Below are positions 1-15,694 of a stretch of DNA of 64,000 nucleotides, piece after piece. The stretch is from the human T2T-CHM13v2.0 reference genome, Homo sapiens, in assembly GCF_009914755.1 (NCBI RefSeq), contig NC_060928.1; one strand, given 5' to 3'. The notes under the pieces are model-generated. The model was not told the origin of the DNA. It ran no database searches and worked only from the letters and a program-made list of their open reading frames with translations. A program made the translations under genes and the position numbers. Positions within the stretch are counted from its first letter, which is position 1. Every line of letters begins with the position of its first letter.

Positions 1-160
1 TATCTTGGAGATGCAAATCAATCAGAAAACTGTTTGTTGGACCAGGATTTAAGGGATGTATTATCTAGGCTGTGATGAACAACCCATTTCCACTGTTGGA
101 AATATAGGTTTTTAATGATTAAATGGCAATGGCACTTTATTGTGATTCAAGAGATCTTGC

Positions 161-250
161 TTCTAGTTTTAGTTCTGCCACTACCTGTACTACCTGTTTT
201 AGTTCTGCCACTACCTGTGCTTCTAGTTTTAGTTCTGCCACTACCTGTAC
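161..250. repeat. 30-bp unit x3 tandem repeat within MIR-like sequence
   Basis: ttctagttttagttctgccactacctgtac / tacctgttttagttctgccactacctgtgc / ttctagttttagttctgccactacctgtac. Confidence 0.9.
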
Positions 251-768
251 TTCGTTTCTTTTTGGGCCATGTAGCCCTCATCTGAAAAATGATTCCCCAA
301 CAGATAGAAGTAGGTAACCTAGAGTCTATGAGCCTAGGATGGAGATTTTCCTTCTCTTACTAGTCCTTAATGCCTGTAAAAATCCCATTTCTCATTCAGA
401 TGCCATGAGTATGCTAACTTTCCACTTTCTGCTTTTCTATTTTATTACAGTAAAATGGTAGACCATAGGTTAAAAGCCATTTTAAGGATCAGTCCAACAC
501 AGTCACCCATCTGATGCTCTGAGGAGCCCACACTGACCCAAATGGGGTTAGCTCTTTGGGAATGAAACATTGCTTTAGGTAATTGGATATTCCTGGGTTT
601 CTGTCAGCTGGTGGTAGGAATAGGCCTGACAGGGAACTGAGAAAAACCCTGGTTCCTAAACTTAGCTTTGAGAACAAGATTTAGTTAGGTTGGGCTAGAA
701 TTGAGAGGCCTCCAGCTCTCTATGGGGCGACTTGAGTTTTTGACACGTATTTTTATTATATATATATA

Positions 769-1060
769 TTTTTTTCCTTCTGAGACTAAGTCTCGTCCTG
801 TCACCAGGCAGGAGTACAGTGGCGTAATCTCAGCTCACTGCAACCTCTGCCTCCTGGGTTCAAGCGATTGTCCTGCCATAGCCTCCCGAATGGCTAGGAC
901 TACAAGTGCCCACCACCAAGCCCAGCTAATTTTTGTATTTTTAGAGGAGACAGGATTTCACCATATTGGTCAGGATGATCTTGATCTCTTGACCTTGTGA
1001 TCCATCTGTCTTGGCTTCCCAAAGTGTTGGGATTACAGGCGTGAGCTACCGCACCCGGCC
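769..1060 (-). mobile_element. Alu (AluS-like)
   Basis: Reverse Alu from T tail to ...gcacccggcc. Confidence 0.93.
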
Positions 1061-3049
1061 TATTGTATCTTTTTTTAAAAAAAGTATTCTCTCAATTTTT
1101 GTGGGTAAATAGTAGGTGTATATATTTATGGGGTACATGAGATATTTTGATACAGGCATGCAGTGTGTAATAATCACATCAGAGTAAATGGGGTATCCAT
1201 CCCCTCAAGCATTGATTCTTTGTGTTATAAACAACCCAGTTATACTCTTTTAAATTATTATTTACTATAGTCACCCTGTTGTGCTATCAAATACTAGGTC
1301 TTATTCTTTCTAACTTTTTGGGGGGGTACCTGTTAACCATTCACACTCCCTTCCCTACCCCTGTTACCCCTCCCAGCCTCTGGTAACCATCCTTCTACTT
1401 TCTCTCTCCATGAGTTCAATTGTTTTAAGTTTTAGCTCCCACGAATATGATAACATGCAAAGTTTGTCTGTCTGTGCCTGGCTTATTTCACTTAACATAA
1501 TCTCCATTTCTATTCATGTTGCAAATGACGAGATCTCATTCTTTTTTTAATGGCTGAATAGTGTTCTGCTGCGTATATATACCACACTTTCTTTATTCAT
1601 CTGTTGATGGACACTTAGGTAGCTTCCAAATCTTGGCTATTGTGAACAGTGCTGCAGTAAACATGGGAGTGCAGATATCTCTTTGATATTCTTATTTCCT
1701 TTCTTTTGGGTATAGACCCAGCAGTGGGGTTGCTGGATCATATGCTAGCTTTATTTTTAGTTTTCTGAGGAACCTCCAAACTGTTCTCCTTAGTGGTTGT
1801 ATTAATTTACATTCCTGCCAACAATGTATAAGGGCTCCCTCTCTCCACATCTTCGCCAACGTTTGTTATTGCCTTTTGAATATAAGCCATTTTAACTAGG
1901 CTGAGATGATATCTCATTGTAGTTTTGATTTGCATTTCTCTGATGATTGATGTTGATGGACATTTGCCATTTGTATGTATTTTTTGAGAAATGTCTATTC
2001 AGATCTTTTGCCCATTTTTTAATTTGATGATTTGATTTTTTTCTCATAGAGTTGTTTGAGTCCTTAATATATTCTGGTTATTAATCCCTTGTCAGATGGG
2101 TAGTTTACAGATATTTTCTGCCACTCTGTGGGTTGACTCTTCACTTTGTTGATTATTTTCTTTGCTGTGCAGAAGATTTTTAACTTGATGTGAGTCCATT
2201 TGTCCATTTTTGCTTTGGTTGCCTGTGCTTGTGGGATATTACTCAAGAAATCTTTGCCTGCTCCAGTGAGAGTTTCCCCAATGTTTTCTTGTAGTAGTTT
2301 TGTAGTTTCAGGTCTTAAATTTAAGTCTTTAATCCATTTTTATTTGACTTCTGTAAACAGCAAGAAATAGGGGTTTAGTTTCATTCTTCTGCATATAAAT
2401 ATCCAGTTTCCCTGGCACCATTTATTGAAGAAACTGTCTTTTCCCTAGCATGTGTTCTTGGCACCTTTGTTGAAAGTGAGCTCACTGTGTGTGGATTTGT
2501 TTCTGGGTTCTCTATTCTGTTCCATTGGTCTATGTGTCTTTTTATGCCAGTACTAGGCTGTTTTGGTTATGATAGCTCTGTAGTATAATTTGAACTCAGG
2601 TAATGTGATTTCTCCAGTTTTGTTCTTTTTGCTTAGGATAGTTTTGGCTAATCTAGGTCTTTTGTGGTTCCATATAAATTTTAGGATTTGTTTTTTCTAT
2701 TTCTGTGAAGAATGTCATTGGCATTTTGATAGGGATTGCATGGAATCTGTAGATTGCTTTGGTAAGTATGGACATTTTAACAATATTGATTCTTCTAATC
2801 GATGAACATGGAATATATTTCCTTTTTTGGTGTCCGCTTCTTGCATCTATGATTTATAGTTTTCATTGCAGGAATCTTTCACTCCTTTGGTTAATTCCTA
2901 GATATTTTATCTGTGGCTATTGTAAATGGGATTACTTTTTTATTTTTTCAGATTGTTCACTGTTGGCATAGACAAATGCTACTGATTTTTGTATGTTGAT
3001 TTTGTATTCTGCAACTTTATGAAATTTATCAGGTTTAATAGTTTTTTGG

Positions 3050-4374
3050 CTCTCCCTCTCCATCTCCCTCTCCATAGTCTCTGTCTGCCGCTCTCCGCGG
3101 TCTCCCTCTGTTACCGAGGCTGGACTGTACTGACACGATCTCGGCTCACTGCAACCTCCCTGCCTGATTCTCCTGCCTCAGCCTGCCGAGTGCCTGGGAT
3201 TGCAGGCGCGCGCCGCCACGCCTGACTGGTTTTTGTATTTTTTGGTGGAGATGGGGTTTCGCTGTGTTGGCCGGGCTGGTCTCCAGCTCCTGACCTTGAG
3301 TGATCTGCCTGCCTCGGCCTCCCGAGGTGCCCGGATTGCAGACAGAGTCTCGCTCACTCAGTGCTCAATGTTGCCCAGGCTGGAGTGCAGTGGCGTGATC
3401 TAGGCTCTCTACAACCTCCACCTCCCAGCTGCCTGCCTTGGCCTCCCAAAGTGCTGAAGATTGCAGCCTCTGCCCGGCCGCCACCCCGTCTAGGAAGTGA
3501 GGAGTGTCTCTGCCTGGCTGCCCATCGTCTGGGAGGTGAGGAGCGTCTCTACCTGGCCGCCACCCTGTCTGGGAGGTGAGGAGCGCCTCTGCCCAGCCAC
3601 CACCCCGTCTGGGAACTGAGGAGCGCCTCTGCCCGGCCACCACCCCGTCTGGGAACTGAGGAGCGCCTCTGTCCGGCTGCCCCATCTGAGAAGTGAGGAG
3701 CCCCTCCGCCGGGCAGCTGCCCCGTCTGGGAGGTGGGGGGCGCCCCCGCCTGGCAGCCTCCCCGTCTGGGAGGTGGGGGGCACCTCTGCCCGGCCACCAC
3801 GTTTGGGAAGTGAGGAGCCTCTCTGCCCGGCCGCCACCCCGTCTGGGAGGTGTACCCAACAGCTCATTGAGAACGGGCCATGATGACGATGGCGGTTTTG
3901 TTGAATAGAAAAGGGGGAAATGTGGGGAAAAGAAAGAGAGATCAGATTGTTACTGTGTCTGTGTAGAAAGAAGTAGACATAGGAGACTCCATTTTGTTCT
4001 GTACTAAGAAAAATTCTTCTGCCTTGGGATGCTGTTAATCTATAACCTTACCCCCAACCCCGTGCTCTCTGAAACATGTGCTGTGTCCACTCAGGGTTAA
4101 ATGGATTAAGGGCGGTGCAAGATGTGCTTTGTTAAACAGATGCTTGAAGGCAGCATGCTCGTTAAGAGTCATCACCACTCCCTAATCTCAAGTACCCAGG
4201 GACACAAACACTGCGGAAGGCCGCAGGGACCTCTGCCTAGGAAAACCAGAGACCTTTGTTCACGTGTTTATCTGCTGACCCTCTCTCCACTATTGTCCTG
4301 TGACCCTGCCAAATCCCCCTCTGTGAGAAACACCCAAGAATGATCAATAAATACTAAAAAAATTTAAAAAAAAA
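3050..4374 (+). mobile_element. SVA retrotransposon (older SVA_A-C type), short VNTR
   Basis: Short CCCTCT head, antisense Alu-like region, GC-rich VNTR ~3465-3855, SINE-R to ~4355, AATAAA 4346-4351, A tail; perfect 13-bp TSD aatagttttttgg (3037-3049 / 4375-4387). Confidence 0.96.
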
Positions 4375-5927
4375 AATAGTTTTTTGGTGGAGTCTGTAGG
4401 CTTTTCCAGATATAAAATCATGTCATCTGCAAACAAGGATAAATTTAACTTCTTCCTTTCCAGTTTGGATGCCCTTTATTTCATTCTCTGGTCTGATTGC
4501 TCTAGTTAGGACTATCAATACTATGGTAAATAACAGTGGTGAAAGTGGGCATCCTTGTCGTGTTCCAGATCCAGGAAAGGCTTTCAGTTTTTCGTCATTC
4601 AGTATGATACTAACTGTGGGTCTGTTGTATATGGCTTTTATTACGTTGAGGTAAGTTTCTTCTATACCCAGTTTTTCGAGAGTTTTTATCATGAAAGGAT
4701 GTTGAATTTTATCAAGTGCTTTTTCAGCATCCATTGAAATGATGATACAGTTTTTCTTCATTCTGGTGATGTGATGTATCACATTATCACATTGATTGAT
4801 TTGCATATGTCAAACCATGGTTCCCTCCTTGGGATAAAAACCCACCTGGTCATGGTGAATGACCTTTTCAATGTGTTCTAGATTTGGTTTGCTAGCATTT
4901 TGTTGAGGATTTTTGCATCAATATTCATGAGGGATATTGACCTGTAGATTTCTTTTTTTGATGTGTCTTTGTCTGGTTTTGGTATCAGGGTAATACCAGC
5001 CTTCTAGAATAAGTTTGAAAATATTCCCTCATCCTCTATTTTTCACAAGTTCGAGTAGGATTGATATTAGTTCTTCTTTAAATGTTTGGTATAATTCAGC
5101 AGTGAAGCCATTGGGTCTTGGGCTTTTTTTTTCCTTTGGCTGGGAGGCTATTACAGCTTCAATCATGTTACTTGTTATTGGTCTGTTTAAGTTTTGAATT
5201 TCTTCATGGTTCAATCTTGGTAGGTTGTATGTGTCCTTACTAATTTCTTCACTGACTCACTGGTCATTCAGGAGCATATTGTTTATTGTACACGTGTTTG
5301 TATAGCTTCCAAAATTCCCCTTGCTATTGATTTCTAATTTTATTCCATTGTGGTCAGAGAAAATACTTGATATTATTTCAGTTTTCTGAACGTTTTAAGA
5401 CATGTTTTGTGACCTAGCATATTATCTATCCTTGAGAATGATCCATGTGCTGAAGAGAAGATTGTGTATTCTATAGCCGTTGGATGAAATGTTCTGTAAA
5501 TATCTATTAGATCCATTTGGTCCATAGTGCAGATTAAATCTAATCTTTCTTGATTGATTTTCTGTCTGGATGATCTATCCATTGGTGAAAGTATGGCGTT
5601 GAAGTCTCCAGCTATTATTGTTTTGGGGTCTGTCTCTTGTTTTAGCTCTAATAATATTTGCTTTATATATTGGGATGATCCAGTGTTGGGTGCATATGTA
5701 TTTATAATTGTTATATTCCCTTGGTGAATATATAATTCCCTGTTCTAGGGTAATGACCTTCTTGTCTCTTATAGTTTTTGTCTTGAAATCCATTTTGTCC
5801 CATATAACTACTCCTTTTTTGGGGGGGTTCCATTAGCATGGAATATCTTTTTTCATCCCTTTATTTTCAGTCTATGTGTCTCTTTGTGAATTATGTTTCT
5901 TGTAGGCAGTAGATCACTGGGCCTGGG

Positions 5928-6237
5928 TTTTTGTTTGTTTGTTTGTTTGTTTTTTGAGACAGACTCTCGCTCTGTTGCCCAGGCTGGAGTGCAGTGGTGC
6001 GATCTCTGCTCGCTGCAAGCTCCACCTCCTGGGTTCATGCCATTCTCTTCCCTCAACCTACTAAGTAGCTGGGACTACAGGCACCTGCCACCACGCCCAG
6101 CTAATATTTTGTATTTTTAGTAGAGACGGGGTTTCACCATGTTAGCCAGAATGGTCTCGATCTCCTGACCTCGTGATCCACCCGCTTTGGCCTCCCAAAA
6201 GTGCTGGGATTACAGGTGTGAGCCACTGTGCCTGGCC
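5928..6237 (-). mobile_element. AluY-like inside L1
   Basis: ctgcaagctcc and ttcatgccattctc diagnostics; (TTTG)n tail. Confidence 0.92.
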
Positions 6238-6606
6238 TGTTTTTTTTGTTTTGTTTAAATCCATTTAGCCACTCTCTGTCTTCTGATTGAAGAGTTTAGT
6301 TCATTTACATTCAATGTTATTATTGATAAGTAAGGACCTACTCCTGCCATTTTGTTATTTGTTTTGTGGTTGTTTTGTGGTTTTCTCTTCCTTCTTTTTT
6401 TCCTTCCTGTCTTCCTTTTAGTGGAGGTAGATTTTCTCAGGTGGTATGATTTAATTTCTTGCTTTTTGTTTCTTGTGTATCCATTCTTGTGTATTTTTTT
6501 TATTTGAGTTTACCATGAGGCTTGCAAATACTATCTTATAACCCATTATTTTAAACTGGTGACAACTTAACATTGATTGCATAAACAAGCAAACTAACAA
6601 GTATAA

Positions 6607-7009
<403 letters not shown>

Positions 7010-7095
7010 CATAGTTATTATTTTTTATTGGTTCATCTTTTAGTCTTTGTGCCTAAGATAAGAATAGTCTACACCACACAATTATAGTGTTATAA

Positions 7096-7654
<559 letters not shown>

Positions 7655-8444
7655 TAAATATGTCATGCCACTCTCTCCTGGCCTGTAAGAGTTCCACTGA
7701 AAAGTCTGCTGCTAGACATATTGGAACTCTATTGTATGTTATTTGTTTCTTTTCTCTTGCTGCTTTTAGGAGCCTTTTCTTTATCCTTGACCTTTGGGAA
7801 TTTGATTATTAAATGCCTTGAGGTAGGCTTCTTTGGGTTAAATCTGCTTGGTGTTTTGTAACTTTCTTGTATTTGAATATTGTTACCTTTTCCTAGGTTT
7901 GGGAAGTTCTCTGTTATTTATCCCTTTGAATTTCTACCTCTGTCTCTTTCTCTACTTCCTCTTCAAGGCCAATAACTCTTAGATATGACCCTTTGAAGCC
8001 CTTCTCTAGATATTGTAGGTGTGCTTCATTTTTTAAAATTCTCTTTTCTCTTATCTCCTCTGATTGTGTTTTTTCAAATAGCCTGTCTTGAAGCTCACTA
8101 ATTCTCTGCTTGATCAATTCTGCTAGTAAGAGATTCTGATGCATTCTTCAGTATGTCCATTGTATTCTTCAACTCCAGAATTTCTGCTTGATTTTTAAAA
8201 ATCATTTCAATCTTTTTGTTCAGTTTATCTGATAGAATTCTGAATTCCTTTTCCTTGTTATTTTAGATTTCTTTGAGTTTCTTCAAAACAGCTATTTTGA
8301 GATACCTGTCTGAAAGGTCATGTATCTCTGTTTCTTCAGGATTTGTCTCTGGTGCCTTATTTAGTTCGTTTGGTGAGGTCATGTTTTCCTGGATGGTCTT
8401 GGTATTTGTAGATATTTATTGATGTCTGGGCGTTGAAAAGTTAG

Positions 8445-8765
8445 GTTTTGTTTTGTTTTGTTTTGTTTTGAGACAGGGTCTCATTCTGTTGCCCAGGCTG
8501 GAGTGCAGTGGTGCAGTCATGGCTCACTGCAGCCATGACCTCCCTGACTAAATTGATCCTCCCACTCAACCTCTTGAGTAGCTGGGACTACAGGCATGCA
8601 CCACCACATCCAGCTACTTTTTGTATTATTATTATTGTTTTTTTTTTAGAGACAGGGTTTTGCCATGTTGCCCAGGCTGACCTCAAACTCCTGGGCTCAA
8701 GCAGTCTGCCTGCCTTGGCTTCCCAAAGTTCTGGGATTAAAGGCATGAGCCACCATACCCGGCCT
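8445..8765 (-). mobile_element. AluJ inside L1
   Basis: gagacagggtctc and ctcctgggctcaagc diagnostics; TSD gaa(a/g)agttagg. Confidence 0.9.
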
Positions 8766-9079
8766 GAAGAGTTAGGTATTTATTGTAGTCTTTGCAGTAT
8801 GGGCTTGTTTGTACCCATCTTTGGGAAGATTTCCAAATATTTAAAGGGACTTGGGTGTTGTGATCTAAGCAATATCTGCATTAGGGAGCACCCTAAGCCT
8901 AGTAACGCTGTGGTTCTTCAAGACTTGTAGAGGTACTGCCTTGCTGGTGTTGGATAAACTCCAGAATTCTCTGGATTACCAGACAGAGACTCTGTGTTAT
9001 CTTCCGTTGCTTTCTCCAGACAAATGGGATCTCTCTCTCTGTGCTGAGCTGCCTGGAGCTGGGAGTGGGGTGACACAGT

Positions 9080-9632
9080 TGTTACTGGGAAGGGCTCCCG
9101 ATCCAGACCCCACAAGAGAGTTCTTGGATCTTGTGCAAGAAATAATTCAGGGTGAGTCCACAGTGCAAAGTGAAAGTAAGTTTATTAAGAAAGTAAAGGA
9201 ATAAAGAATGGCTACTCCATAGACAGAGCAGCCCCTAGGGCTGCTGGTTGCCCATTTTTATGGTTATTTCTTGATGATATGCTAAACAAGGGGTAGATTA
9301 TTCATGCCTCCCATTTTTAGACCATATGTGGTGACTTCCTGACATTGCTATGGCATTTGTAAACTGTCATGGTGCTGATGGGAGTGTAGCAGTGAGGATG
9401 ACCAGAGGTCACTCTTGTAGCCCTCTTGGTTTTGGTGGGTTTTAGCTGGCTTCTTTACTGCAACCAGTTTTATCAGCAAAGTCTTTATGACCTATATCTT
9501 GTGCCGACCTCCTATCTCATTCTGTGACTTAGAATGTCTAACCTCCTGGGAATGTAGTCCAGCAGGTCTCAGCCTTATTTTACCGAGTCCCTATTTAAGA
9601 TGGAGCTGCTCTGGTTCAGATGCCTCTTGAAA
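9080..9632 (-). mobile_element. MER41A-type ERV1 solo LTR
   Basis: Matches recalled MER41 consensus end to end (tgttactgggaaggg...gatccagacccc ... ggttcagatgcctct); candidate TSD cagt/caat; lacks the MER41B STAT1 segment. Confidence 0.85.
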
Positions 9633-10588
9633 CAATCACCCCTATGGTCACCACCACTGGGACTGTGCTGGCTCAGACCTGAATCCAACACAGCACTGAG
9701 TCTTGCCCAGTGCCCACTGCAGCCACTCCCTGGCTACTGCCTATGTTCACTCAAGACCTTAGGACTCTACAATCAGCAGGTGGCAAGGCCAGCCAGGCTT
9801 CTGTCCTTCCTTTCAGTGCAGTGAGTTCCCCGAGGGCGAAGCAGGTCCAGAGATGCCATCCAGGTGCCAGGGACTGGAGATGAAAACCTTAGAAATCTGC
9901 CTGGTTCTCTGTTCTACTGCAGCTAAGCTGGCACTCAAACCACAAGACAAAGTTCCTCCTAATCTTCCCTCCCCTTTCCACAAGCAGAGGAGCCTCTCCC
10001 TGTGGCCACTGCCACCATAGGCCCATGGGGAGTACAGCCAGGCTACTGCCAATGTTCACTTAAGGCCCAAGGGTCTTCGGTCAGCTCATGGTGAATGCTA
10101 CCAGGCCTGAGACTCTACTCTTCAGGTAAGTGGGCTCGCCTCTGGCCTAGAGCAGGTCCAGAAATACCGTCTAAGAGCCAGTGCCTGGAATGGCAGACCC
10201 CAAGAGCCTGCTCAGTGCTCTACCCCATGTGGCCGAACTGGTACCTGATTTTTGGTTCTTATAAAGGTGTCTTTTTTGTGTAGATGCTAAATTTGGTGTT
10301 CCTGTTGGAGGTTGGGGAGGATCCGTGGCAGCTTGGATCTGGCCATTTTCTCTGCCCCTCTCCTATTATATCTTTTAATTTAATGATTCTATAAGCATCT
10401 CACATCTGGGGAAGCTTTTCTCTAAGACGAATATGATGAAATATATTGAGAGATAGTGTTCATTTCCTGGTGGATGTTCCCTTTCTAACCTGCTTGTTTG
10501 ATCTTAGATCTGCTGTTCCCTACTGTTTTGTGAAGACTATGACATTAGTATAGTTGTAAAGTTATGTGAGATGTACATAAAAAGATAA

Positions 10589-10850
10589 CAGTCACGCGTC
10601 ATTTAACGGCAGGGATACATTCTGAGAAGTGCATCCTTAGGCGATTTCATCATTATGCGAACATCAGAGTGTACTTATGCAAACCTAGATGGCATAGCCT
10701 GTTACAAACCTAGGCTATATTGTATAGCCTATTGTTCCTACACTACAAACCTATACAGTATCTTACTATATTGAATACTGTAGGAAGTTGCAACACTATG
10801 GGAAGTTTTTCTGTATCTGAAACATATATAATGTACAGTAAAAATATAGT
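10589..10850 (+). mobile_element. Tigger3/GOLEM (MER7) fragment
   Basis: cagtcacgcgtcatttaacggcagggatacattctgagaag... aaacctagatggcatagcc. Confidence 0.8.
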
Positions 10851-11995
10851 AACTGCAGAAAGATGAGTATCTTCTCCCGTACCCAGATCCATAGGCCTGT
10901 GATGAGAATCAATGGAAATTTTGTATGCGGGTGGCAGGTTTCACCCCATAGAAAAGTGATAGAGAATAATGTATTTTCTCTGTATACAGAAAAGAGGTAG
11001 CCACCAACTTCCTCTTCTAAAAAGAGAGAGAAAAACTTTTATTCCTTTGAGATAGGATAAGAAGAATCTTGAGTTCTTATAAACCATTTGGAATGTAAAT
11101 ATGACTTTCCAAGGGCTAGATAAACATCTCTGTCATGGAGAGAGTGGGGAAGTTACTACCAGGAGGTGTTTCCAAGGTCTAGGCTTCTGTAAATACCCAG
11201 AGAGAGTCTTCCTGGCACTTTGGAACTTAGCCCAGGGGCCTATTCTGGGCTGTAACCATTTGACCCACTTGTAGAGATAAGAGAAGTTTTATCATCCTTT
11301 TGGATTAGAGCAGTTAAGTAGACAAATGGCTATAGAGCTAATCCTCAGGATATGTGAAAAGTAAAATGCTTCTAGGGGAAGTGAAAACAAATTCTCTAGC
11401 TTTATGGTGTATGTATTTCCATGTCTTGGGAGGCTAGGGCTTTTTACAGAAGCTAAGCAAAATCCAGATAAATCTTATTTCCCCACATCTACAAAGAATA
11501 CTTACACAATTCTGATGTTCCCTATTGTTTAACAACAAAAAAATTGTGACTTAGTGGAGATAATAGAGATATTCAATTCCTTAGATATCATACAAGTGAG
11601 GATTTTTCAAAATTAGGACCAAACCTCACAGTAGTTCAAATAGAAGCCACAATCTAGACATGTATTTCTTTTTCTCTCTTTTTCTTTTCTCTCTGTTAAA
11701 AAAAAGGCTGATGATTTGAAGTCCATTTCTTTTTATTGGTATGGTTCATGCCTGTGAAAATGAAGCAGATGGCAAACTGGGGCATTTTAAATTCCACTGC
11801 TAGCTAAAACTATAAGAAGAAAATAAAGCCCTATGATGATGCTGCATTGATCAAGTGATTAAAATGAAAGAACATTTTGTAACAGAATTTCTCTTGATCT
11901 CCTCGACTAGACTTGTAGTGTGAAAATTTTAGAATAACTCATTTAAAACAGACTGCTTGTTAATTTTGTCTCCATTAATTGTGTTAGTCTTGTGG

Positions 11996-12692
<697 letters not shown>

Positions 12693-12783
12693 AGAAGACC
12701 TGGGATGACTTCCAGTAAAAGATGGCAGGCTTGACAAATACATAAATTTCCTTCCTGAAATCCTAATAAGAATACAGGAATTA

Positions 12784-14875
<2,092 letters not shown>

Positions 14876-15366
14876 CACAGAAAGCTTATCATTAGGCAGC
14901 AATGGGAAAAGCTACAAATCAACCAGTTTATACTGTTTAACCTTAGGATTTGACAGAACAAGTGCTTTCAGAAATACGGGGTAAATTGTAGGCTAGAAGC
15001 ATGATAATTGGTTGAAAATCTGCTCAAGAAACTATTAGATTCCAAACTCTCTTTTCTACTCTGCACAGCTGGCAAGTGCCCTCTTTTCCCCCTGGAAGGA
15101 ACTTCAGAGTTTTATTTCTTTAGACTTGAGGATATCTGGCACAGTTGAGAGCTTGCGTACTCTGTGGAAAACAGAATTGGGTGAAAGTTAACTTAGTGAG
15201 GTTGAGCCATCTTTCTTTACCCATATTGCAGATGTCAGCCCCCGGGATTATATCTTCCAAGCAGATGAGAAGAGTCTTGTGGGGAATATGGCCAACCCAA
15301 AAGAAGAGACTTGAAGATACTGGCATTGTATAAAATCCTCAACAGTATTATTATCATAGATGTGAA

Positions 15367-15694
<328 letters not shown>

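Noticed and set aside
161-250. CRISPR-like repeat
   Set aside because: Units are contiguous with no unique spacers; eukaryotic context, no cas genes.
3200-3908. Overlapping GC-rich ORFs up to 164 aa
   Set aside because: Translations of the SVA Alu-like region and VNTR.
4423-5793. Reverse transcriptase/endonuclease-like ORFs
   Set aside because: Broken L1 ORF2 remnants, not a novel RT system.
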